Part shown: positions 53,685 through 64,000 of the stretch, one piece after another | Position numbering within the stretch: position 1 is the first letter of the stretch | Layout of the letters: every line of letters starts with the position of its first letter | NCBI RefSeq assembly: GCF_006345805.1 | Contig: NC_043004.1 | Span: 65,720,001-65,784,000, forward strand | Direction: 5' to 3' | Origin: Octopus sinensis | Taxonomy: Eukaryota | Length of the DNA: 64,000 nt | Program-made: the position numbers and the translations under genes | The notes under the pieces: generated by a model | Databases searched by the model: none | What the model saw: the letters and a program-made list of their open reading frames with translations, nothing else | Told to the model about the DNA's origin: nothing

Positions 53685-53737
53685 TGAGAACGTACGTTTC
53701 AAGATTAGTCAAAAACAACACTTCTATCATCAGCTCA
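53685..53737 (-). ncRNA. Hammerhead motif, array copy 2
   Basis: Same motif as copy 1. Confidence 0.7.
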
Positions 53738-54225
53738 GAAATTCCTTGGTTTGGATTTGGAAACACTGAAAATAAGAACATACCCTTTCGAAGATCTGCC
53801 CGTAACTAACAGTGCCAACAAATTCAAATAAGCAAGCGAAGAATCTCTGTTCTCCCCTTTCCATCAGCGTGGGTTAAAAACATCAAACACTATGCTTATT
53901 TCGGTAAAATCCGAAGCATTAATCAGAGGGAGATTAATTATATTTCAACAATTGAGGCAAAATTAATTAATTATTAATCATTTCACCAAGTGTTCAGTAT
54001 GCAAAGGGACCATTCAAGGCAAATTCAAATTATTACATTATATAAAAGGGCTTAGTAAAATAAATTACTTTGCCGCATACTGAACTCATTAGAAATAGCA
54101 GCTAAAAAACTTTTTTAAGCTATTTCTAATACTTAAAGAAAATCTCTCTCATATATAGTGTTTGCTTAATTCAACTCACAAAAGTTGGGGGTAAGGACAT
54201 CGAAAAATCAAATGCTAAGGTTATT

Positions 54226-54278
54226 TGAGAACGTACGTTTCAAGATTAGTCAAAAACAACACTTCTATCATCAGCTCA
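54226..54278 (-). ncRNA. Hammerhead motif, array copy 3
   Basis: Same motif as copy 1. Confidence 0.7.
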
Positions 54279-54724
54279 GAAATTCCTTGGTTTGGATTTG
54301 GAAACACTGAAAATAAGAACATACCCTTTCGAAGATCTGCCCGTAACTAACAGTGCCAACAAATTCAAATAAGCAAGCGAAGAATCTCTGTTCTCTCCTT
54401 TTACTAAGCCCTTTTATATAATGTAATAATTTGAATTTGCCTTGAATGGTCCCTTTGCATACTGAACACTTGGTGAAATTGATTAATAATTAATTAATTT
54501 TGCCCTCAATTGTTGAAATTATAATTAATCTCCCTCTGATTAATGCTTCGGATTTTACCGAAATAAGCATAGTGTTTGATGTTTTTAACCCACGCTGGTG
54601 GAAAGGGGTGAACAGAGATTCTTCGCTTGCTTATTTGAATTTGTTGGCACTGTTAGTTACGGGCAGATCTTCGAAAGGGTATGTTCTTATTTTCAGTGTT
54701 TCCAAATCCAAACCAAGGAATTTC

Positions 54725-54777
54725 TGAGCTGATGATAGAAGTGTTGTTTTTGACTAATCTTGAAACGTACGTTCTCA
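54725..54777 (+). ncRNA. Hammerhead motif, array copy 4 (inverted)
   Basis: tgag-ctgatga-...-gaaa-cgtacg-tt-ctca. Confidence 0.7.
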
Positions 54778-55057
54778 AATAACCTTAGCATTTGATTTTT
54801 CGATGTCCTTACCCCCAAACTTTTGTGAGTTGAATTAAGCAAACACTATATATGAGAGAGATTTTCTTTAAGTATTAGAAATAGCTTTAAAAAAGTTTTT
54901 TAGCTGCTATTCTAATGAGTACAGTATGCGGCAAGTAATTTATTTTACTAAGCCCTTTTATATAATGTAATAATTTGAATTTGCCTTGAATGGTCCCTTT
55001 GCATACTGAACACTTGGTGAAATTGATTAATAATTAATTTTTTGCCCTCAATTGTTG

Positions 55058-55129
<72 letters not shown>

Positions 55130-55525
55130 CTATATTCGTATATGTTGAAATTATAATTACATTCATTTAGGCATTCAGGAATTTATGGTTTTAATTGTTT
55201 CAGAATATATCTTCAGTTTGACCCACAAAAACGGAGTTAGATGCACACACGGACATACAAATGCACCCTTACAAGCGTATACAAACACACCACTCTATGT
55301 GCGTGTATATATATATATATATATATGTATACATACATTAAGCCGTAAAGAAAATTAATGGTAATGATGTCAAGAGATTTGAAATGCCTTTTTACTTAAG
55401 CATATAAACATAAGGACGGAAATAAAGAGAGTGCAAAATAGGTGTGAATACTACAGAGACATTTATGAAGTAAATAAACACCATTAATTTTCAAAATCTT
55501 TTATTTGATATTAATTGGTTAAAGA

Positions 55526-55881
55526 AGAGGTTTTCTTCTAGCTGCTCGTCCATAATACACAAGCTAATGAAGATATGTAACACATATTCTTGGACTAACT
55601 TCTAGCTGTTTTGCAATGTCGGAAGCCTTCGAACGGGGTTCGTTTTCCACAATTCTCTTCAAACAGTGAAGCTTCCTTTCTGAGGTACCAGGTCGGCCGG
55701 GACGAGAATCTGTTGATTCTTTTCCTTCGCTTTTGAATTGCACTATAATTCTATTAACTGTAGCAAGAGGAATTTGAAGATTTTCGGCAATTTTTCGCTG
55801 CCTGAGACCAGCCTCAGATTGCCCAACAACACGACCACTTTGAAAATTTGATAGTTCTGCTGAAATTTGTGTGTGTGGCAT
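55526..55881 (-). pseudogene. Tc1-family transposase N-terminal DNA-binding remnant
   Basis: ELSNFQSGRVVG..EAGL..RKIAENLQIPLATVNRI..RPGRP..LKRIV..*LVYYGRAARRKPLL; catalytic domain missing. Confidence 0.85.
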
Positions 55882-56759
55882 GGTTACTCTTGACAAATGT
55901 TTAATATTATGGCACCTGGAATGAAAAAGAATAATCATATTGTAAATTCTACACCACTGAAAACATATTAAGACGCTTAGATCAGAAATTTGAAAATTAA
56001 ATGTGTAAATTTACCTCCTGCATGTTGTGTACATAGACGACACAGGTTTTGCCTGGAAATAAAGTGAACAAACTGCGACTTAGCCAATCCAAAGCTTTGT
56101 TTCGGACTCCAGCAATGAACGCATTTCCATACAGCCAATGAGAGCTCACCATGACCTTGTTGTCAAGTTAACAAACACACTCTACCACGTAAACTCAAAT
56201 CGAAGAGCGGTGTTGTAAGTCGACCGATCGCCAAGTTATGTCTGATTTGGGAAGGAGACAAGTAATTAGACAGATTTGCATCTATACCTATTATCGGATT
56301 TTGTTAGGGCCCAATATGGTGGGGATGTGGATGGGAAAAATGTGGGTAGAGGGTGATGTGCTAGCAACCCACTCCCCTTAGTGTTTTAGGTAGCAAACAA
56401 CAACACAAATAACTATGCAGAGGCAGCCATGGTTGAAACAAGAACAAGATCAAAAAGCGTTATTAAAAGAGAAAAGAAGCATGAACATTCCTTACCCAAG
56501 CAACCTTATCTTATCGCCCATCACTCTCATAAATTAGTTTGATATTTGGGCTATAATTGACTGTACGCAAATGAGTTCATAACTCGAGTCCGGAACACTC
56601 GTGGGAAAAGAAATTCGCGAGCGGGAAAATCTGAAAAAAGTCTCTAAATTTCATTCAAGAGTGAAGAAAGGTGACAGTTCCGGAAAGGCTGGTATGTAAC
56701 TTGGGTGTCAAGTGTTTTACTGGTTTCTATTGCGCAGTCCAAATATCGCGACCAGTCTA

Positions 56760-56960
56760 TCCAATGTGAGGAGTGAGTCACGAAACACAAAGGCCCACAT
56801 ATCTTCATTAGTCTGCTAAAGCACTTTAGAAACTTAAAGAATGTGGATGTCTTTAAGCAAGACATGGACCAACACCTAAGAAGCACGATTGCACATAAAC
56901 AAACGTCTCGATTTAAAGAACAGACGTGGGCGGCAAGTAAAATTATCTCATACTCTCAAT
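56760..56960 (+). mobile_element. Degenerate CR1-group LINE 3' end
   Basis: KGPHIFISLLKHFRNLKNVDVFKQDMDQHL resembles GP.LFN.LP..IRN...VD.FK..LD.YL. Confidence 0.5.
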
Positions 56961-57159
56961 CAACGAAATGCCAAGAAAAAGCTATATGCAAGTGTGGGGA
57001 TATGAAATGTGCCACCAGCCCTAAGAAATCACCCACATAAGAGGTCTGTAGAAGAGCTGCAATGTGAGAGTGGTGTTCATACAAGAGCGCAGGTGCATGG
57101 AAAAGCGCGAATATATATACAGAAATACAGAAATACATACATACACGCATACATACATG

Positions 57160-57213
<54 letters not shown>

Positions 57214-57216
57214 TAC

Positions 57217-57315
<99 letters not shown>

Positions 57316-57421
57316 TACTATACATATATATATAATATATATGTATATATATGTATATATATATATAATATATATATATATAAACGTATGTATATACATA
57401 TATATATTATATATATATAAT

Positions 57422-57454
<33 letters not shown>

Positions 57455-57585
57455 TTACATGTATATATATGTCTGCATGAGTGTGTGTGTTTGTGAAGAT
57501 GTAATTGTCTGTGAAATTATATTACCATTGCTAAAATGTTAGAGAAATACACACACAAGCAAGCACATGCATACACACATACATA

Positions 57586-57635
<50 letters not shown>

Positions 57636-57790
57636 TAGATAGATAGATAGATATATATATACATATATGTATATATATATGTATCTATGTTATTTAGCAG
57701 AAGTAGCAAAATTACTCAAGATCCGAGAATTTCGTGCGTTGGCACTTATCAAACTTATTTTGAGCTCTGTTTTTCCTGTTGGCACCAATA

Positions 57791-57841
<51 letters not shown>

Positions 57842-58166
57842 CATTCAACCAACTTCCTCTGTGGATATTGATTTGTACGTACTCTAAAATATTGTAATAT
57901 TGTACACACGTCTTCCAATTCATACCATATTTCCATCAATTGCGAAATAAAGTGCTGCATCGAAATATACAAATTAGCAACACATTACTACATTTATGTC
58001 TATAAAACTGAATATCAATGCACTCTCTTTTATTGAATTGCACCAGATTTCAGTCTGCACCAACTGATACTGTAGAGGTAAACGTTTCTTTTTCCTCACA
58101 ATGTTTATAGATGCATTCACAGAAACATGCGGACATTCACACAAATATATCAATTCTACATATTCA

Positions 58167-58215
<49 letters not shown>

Positions 58216-58443
58216 CACATGCACGCACACAGACATTACAAAGAAGCATATATATGCATGTATATATATATATGTATATATGTGTGTGTGTGAATGTGTG
58301 CGTGTGTGTCTGTTATATGCATATGGTTTATAGCCTGTGAGTGAATATGTGCCAATTTTAATATATGTGTATGTTGGTGTAGTGCGTATACACAGACACA
58401 CACTCATATATTACAAACATGCATATATATATATGTATATATA

Positions 58444-58853
58444 AGGTGAGCAGGCAGAACCGTTTGCACACCGGGCGAAATACTCAGTGGTAAATTTCGT
58501 CTGCCATTACGTTCTGAGTTCAAATTCCGCCGAGGTTTACTTTGCGTTTCATCCTTTCGGGGTCGATTAAATAAGTACCAGTTATGCACTGGGGTCGAGA
58601 AAATCGACTTAATCCATTTCTCTGTCCTTGTTTGTCCTCATTGTGTTTAGCCCCTTGTGGGTAGTAAAGAAATAGATATTTCGTCTGTCGCTACGTTCTG
58701 AGTTCAAATTCCGCCGCGGTCGTCTTTGCTTTTCATCCTTTCGGGGTCGATTATACAAGCACCAGCTACGCACTGGCGTCGATGTAATCGACTTAATCCC
58801 TTTGTCTGTCCTTGTTTATCCCTTCTATGTTTAGCCCCTTGTGGGCAATAAAG

Positions 58854-58856
<3 letters not shown>
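58444..58856 (+). mobile_element. SINE with tandemly duplicated body
   Basis: ttacgttctgagttcaaattccgccg.ggt...catcctttcggggtcgatta...agccccttgtggg occurs twice. Confidence 0.88.
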
Positions 58857-58899
<43 letters not shown>

Positions 58900-59757
58900 T
58901 ATATAATATATATATATATATATGAATGTATGTCCTTGTGTATTTGTTATATGCAATATGATTTTTAGTCTGTGAATAAAAATATGCATATTTGAATATA
59001 TCTGTGTATTGGTGTAATTATACTGTAAAAATATATGATATAATATAATATAACAAAAATTGAAATAAATATAATCCAACAAACTGTTTCGACTCATATC
59101 CAGTAGTAAATTTATAAAAATTCCCATTTATGAATATGAGAGTCCTCAGGTTAATATTTTATTGGGTTTTTTTTTCTATATGTAATTTAGGTCGGCAAAT
59201 AGAATCTCGAACATCGGTCCAAAGTGTGTGTTTGAATAATATGAATTCCTCGGTTTTAAATTATACATTCATAATGATCCCTCTTGCTGGCTTCAATAAA
59301 ATGCCTAGAATATATAAGTTACGTTTAACTATGCGAACTAAAGATGTATTGTGATAAGACATATAGAGATTCACACATAAGACTGAGGTTTCAATTCTCG
59401 TCTGAAGAGTTATTTACGGTTTCGGCCAATGAAATCTATTTCAGGTTTATTCCTTCAATTTTTCTAGCGAAAATGTTCTTTAAGCCAACCAGTATAATGA
59501 TCAGCGTCGAGGTAATGCCACTGCATTTCAAGAGTCAGTCGTGAGTCCAATTATCATCACAAATACATAAAGAGGAATGGAACCAGCAACGGACTGCTTC
59601 ATCTTGACCTTTTTTCTTTAATGTTCTGTTATATTGTTTGCACCAGTGATCTGTCACATGCCTGGTGTTAAAAAAGTAGATTCCATATCGATATGTGTAA
59701 TCGTGTTTACAATTTCATATTACGTATTTTGTTACAATTACAACTCTATTCAATTTC

Positions 59758-59822
<65 letters not shown>

Positions 59823-60078
59823 CATATATATGTGTGTCACACATATACATACATGTAAGCATTGTTATGATTTCTCGCCAAAACATGCGATCTATTCATT
59901 ATAATGATTTAATAAGACTATAAACCTAATATTATTAGAGGAAATGATTGAATCACCTCTGCTCTGTGCACATAGACGTTTACTCATACATACAACCACA
60001 TGCAAACACGTTGCACACATATACACATACTGTGATAAGGACATCAGAAATATATATGTATGTGTGTGTACACGTATG

Positions 60079-60110
<32 letters not shown>

Positions 60111-60136
60111 ACTCTCTCTATATATATGTATATATA

Positions 60137-60168
<32 letters not shown>

Positions 60169-61389
60169 CACATACGTACATATGTAAGCATATATATATA
60201 CATATATATACATATGTATACATACATATATCTATCTATTTATATATTCATATATATGTATGTGTATACATCGTATGTGTATGTGTGTGTATGTGTGTAT
60301 GTTGGTGTGTGTGTGTATGTGTACAAGATGCTACGTATGGACGTGTAGCCTTGCCATTTAATTCCACAGATATTATTTATGCAATAGAGATACACTTTCC
60401 AGATATAATTGCCACACGCTGGTGCTACGCTGTCTCCGAATTACGCTGGATTGAATTTATGACATTGTACGTCTCTTGCATACTTCTCCTTCAGGCTCGC
60501 TGGCTTTCTGTCGACGTGTGTGCCTCTATTAAAAACAATAAACAATCTTCAGAAACCTTATAAAGAAATACATAATTTAGATATTATTATTTCAATCAAG
60601 AGAGAAGTCAATCCAAAGCGAACTCTTGTCGATAGATCCAATTTCAATTAAATCCCTTCTCGTGTCCATTACTGAATGGTAAAATGAAATTGATGTAATA
60701 TGAAATTACAGATGAAATGGCTGTCAACTGTTGTAGGCGTATATCGTTTCGAGGTGTTAAATTGATCTCTTCCAAGATTTCTCGACATGATGACTCCTCA
60801 CGTTAATCATTCATTATAAATGGTTTTTACACGGATACGGATATGTATCATAATATACGTATGTATGTTTGTATGAATGTATATATGCCTGTATGTATGG
60901 TTTTCTGCATATATATAACCATACTTTCATGTATGCATGCTTATGCATATGCGAGAAAATGTATGGAACCATATGTGTGTGTGCACGCTTGTATATGTGT
61001 GAATGTGTGTGTATATATGTATGTCATTATTCACTTTATTTCAAGATGTGTTGCCAATAAAAAAACAATCGGTTTCTAACCTAGATCCAAGGCTCCTTCT
61101 TTGGAATTTCAACATCAACAACAGGGTATTTTGTATGTATGTATGTTTTATGTATGTATTCTCATGCATATAATTGCATATCTAGACATGATTTTATATA
61201 TTCAAGTGATAAACTTCTGGAAAGTTTCACAGTTGTACTGATGGATTGGGTCTGTAGTCTATTTATGAATGTATGTATATATGCATGTATGTATGTGTTG
61301 GTTACATGTAGGGAGACTGTCTTATGTACGTATACTCATATATATATATATAAATGGAGTTGAACGCAGTTGTTATTCAAATTCTTTTA

Positions 61390-61475
61390 CTTTCGACATA
61401 TGTTTAGAAGACAACATTGGTTTTATTACAAAGGAATAAACGGTGTAAAATAATGTAATCTTTTCATCAGGAAAG
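61390..61475 (-). ncRNA. Decayed hammerhead motif (G12U)
   Basis: cuuuc-CUGAUGA-aaaga..ucuuc-UAAA-cauaug-UC-gaaag. Confidence 0.55.
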
Positions 61476-62094
61476 AAAGAGACCCTATCTCAGCAACAAG
61501 ATATTACAACAATTTAGATGACTGCGTAAATGATAAGCAGAACGCTATTAAGTATTTAAAAAAATACAACCGTTAGTAGATATGACGTGAAAGGCAGACC
61601 ATAAGAAGAGAAGGGGTAAAGAAATAATAAGTAGAGAACAAATAAAGAGAGATATATTGGTTGAAAAATGTTCAAAGGCTTGGAAGTAGATTTCTCTATT
61701 GAAGAAACTAAATTTCCAAACTATACAGACTGGTGTAAATCACTTATATGAGCCAGTGCTTTCATTTGTAAGATCGTTCTATAAGTGGGTATGGATTGTT
61801 CTCGTCACTATACCAGTTCACATAGGATAACAATATCCTGCTTACAGCGTGGATGATGTCCTTATTTCTATTGCTAAAACTTAGCATAAGTTGTGGCATA
61901 TAGTTTGTTTAATTGCATCCATGTCAATTTTATTTTTTGATATTAACTCATTTTCGTATATTGCACAACCATAATTTGTGAGAGCTAATAACACCGTTGT
62001 TATTTTGAAATAGGCATATCTAGGCTACAAAGCAATGTATTACATTCTTCTGATGCGTTTTTCTGCCTCTCAAGAATTGTTGAGGTAGAGTAGA

Positions 62095-62800
62095 GCAACG
62101 TCTCTGTGAATACCTGGTTATCAGTAAGGAAGTACTTTCTGAGAAGCACCTATCCACTTTTTATGACGTTATTCATTTCACGTATGCAACTTGATATATG
62201 GAACAACTCTGAGTGTCTTTTGTAGATGATGTAAGATAGTTCGCTTTTATGTTAAAATTTTGATGTTAAAATTTTGTAGATATTGTAAGATAGTTCCCTT
62301 TGATGTAAAAATTTGGATCAATAATGTTGGGGCATAAGTATCAAAGACCGCAATTTTCTTCGTATAAGAATTTAGGACACTCAAGTGTCCTAAATCAATA
62401 TACGAATCGTGGGAGAGCAAAGATGTCGCAGAAGGTTCTGGGGAGAATATTTACTTTTTCCTGGTGATACCATTTATATGGAAGAGATCGATAGAAATAT
62501 TGTTGCATTTTTACATGAAATTTTGCGGAATTTTATTACTTATCTGTTAACTAAGATTCCCGATTGATAGGGATAAATATTTTTATACCAAAATTAAAAA
62601 TATGAAAGTGTTTTCTTAAAATTAAAAACAATATTCCATTAATGCTGACACAAGTGTAATAGGAGATAATGCATTGCACAACAAATAAACGCTATCATTG
62701 TGGCCATACTTACATAGATCAAAAGATCATTCAGACATTGATGTGATGGTTGCCTACATGATGGTAACGTTAAAACTTAAATTTACATTAAGGTCCTCTG
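62095..62800 (+). pseudogene. Highly degenerate PLE reverse-transcriptase remnant
   Basis: Motifs in the expected order: KIVPFDVK (SFDV), PGDTIYMEEID (ANIYME), DIDVMV..DGNVKT*IYIK (FLD..T.VYRK). Confidence 0.5.
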
Positions 62801-62903
62801 TTGGCTTTTAAATAATAGATAACTCTCTGCCCTCTCTATATATGCATACACACACAAGCACTTACACATAGAATATACACACATGCACATACACATCTCT
62901 GTC

Positions 62904-62951
<48 letters not shown>

Positions 62952-62973
62952 TCTATCTATTTATCTGTATACA

Positions 62974-63058
<85 letters not shown>

Positions 63059-63064
63059 ATTGTG

Positions 63065-63200
63065 AAGGTGCGTGCACAAGTGGTTACGTCGTTGCACTCA
63101 TGATCGGTAGATCGTGGGTTCGATTCACTGATTGTGCGGCGCGCTGCGTTCTTGAGCACGACGCTTTATTTCACGTTGCTGCAGTCCCTCTTTTGATCAG
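63065..63200 (+). mobile_element. Degenerate tRNA-derived SINE head
   Basis: gggttcgattc B box; gttcttgagcacgacgctttatttcacgttgct. Confidence 0.7.
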
Positions 63201-63272
63201 AGAGGAATGTTGGTCTGTTTGCAAAACTAATAGGGTGGTGTTATTTGAATGTTAAAATATGCAAAAAGCGCG

Positions 63273-64000
63273 TTGGGTTGGCAAGAAAGTAATTTCGGTT
63301 TTTTTGTGTGACAAAAGTAATTTTTTATTTTCATACGAAGAATGAACTTTAAACAATTATGTATTTTTCATTTTCTTCGATGACCTTTTGCCATCTTTCT
63401 GGCAACTGCATGATTCCGCGCTGATAGGACTTCTGGTCCTTATCAGCCAAAACCTGAAGCAAGTGCAATTTCAGGTCATCATAAAAAATGAAAGATTTAC
63501 TATTCAAAGAATTTTGCAAACTTCGAAATAATTGATTATCTGATAGGGTAAGGACAGGGCTATATGGTGAAAATATCAACACCTCTCAACCAACCCCAGT
63601 AATTTTCATGAGTTAGCAAAGACATGGATGGTCTAGCATTGTCATGGTGGAACACGATTCCTTTACGATTTATCAATTCTGTCCGTTGTTCTTTTATTGC
63701 TTCCTCCAGTTTCGTTAGTTGTTGACAGTAAATATCTCAATTGTTAGTTTGGTTCCTTGGAAGCAGCTCAAAATATACAACAGATTTGTAATCTCACCAA
63801 ATTAACAACATGATTTATTTTTATGCAATTCAGGTTTCAATGTGGATTGTGCTAGTTCATTACGCTTGGACCATGATTATTTTCGATTGATGTTCTTGTA
63901 GACAATCCATTTATCATCACCAGTGAGGATTCATTAAAAAAAGTCGATTTAATTGCATTTGAGGTGCATATCACAAATATTGATTGGTTGCTCTAAGTGA
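63273..64000 (-). mobile_element. mariner transposon 3' half, running off the window end
   Basis: TGDDKWI, VFHHDNARP, PYSPVLTLSDNQLFRSLQNSL, GIMQLPERWQKVIE; TIR-like gggttggcaagaaagtaatttcggttttt. Confidence 0.9.

Larger units (their letters stand above)
52951..55060. mobile_element. Tandem and inverted array of ~543-bp hammerhead monomers (family A)
   Basis: Units start at 52951, 53493 and 54037; strand switch at ~54400; inverted copy to 55060; flanked by (TA)n. Confidence 0.95.

Noticed and set aside
56080-56145. Two CCAAT boxes
   Set aside because: No associated gene or TSS evidence; may belong to the Tc1 relic
59130-59445. Possible decayed GIY-YIG (LIFYWVFFSICNL..RI.EHRS) followed by ctgaaga..gaaa
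   Set aside because: Too degenerate to support by eye; needs a profile search

Overview
Repeat-saturated, AT-rich eukaryotic DNA with no supportable host protein-coding gene. The SINE families and the extreme (TA)n/(CA)n/(TATC)n load suggest an octopus or other cephalopod genome (inference). Most ORF-track entries are microsatellite translations. Content: many tRNA-derived SINEs; one tRNA-Ala(TGC)-like gene; remnants of mariner/Tc1, hAT, CR1 and L1/Tx1-like elements; three Helitrons (one with an intact STPR-repeat ORF fused to a PIF1 helicase remnant); and coding remnants of at least three Penelope-like elements (PLEs), including a Naiad-type copy with a twin-priming-like 5' inversion. The main signal the ORF track misses is a dense set of minimal type I hammerhead ribozyme motifs (stem I-CUGANGA-stem II-GAAA-short, often palindromic stem III-UH-stem I). 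About a dozen clear copies plus several decayed ones sit in non-coding monomers of roughly 360-545 bp, arranged as tandem, terminally redundant or inverted copies embedded in (TA)n. Stems differ in sequence between families but keep pairing, and one copy carries the compensatory U3-A8 core variant. This looks like a multi-family non-autonomous PLE pLTR/retrozyme-like system. All folding was done by eye; ribozyme activity and novelty are untested.
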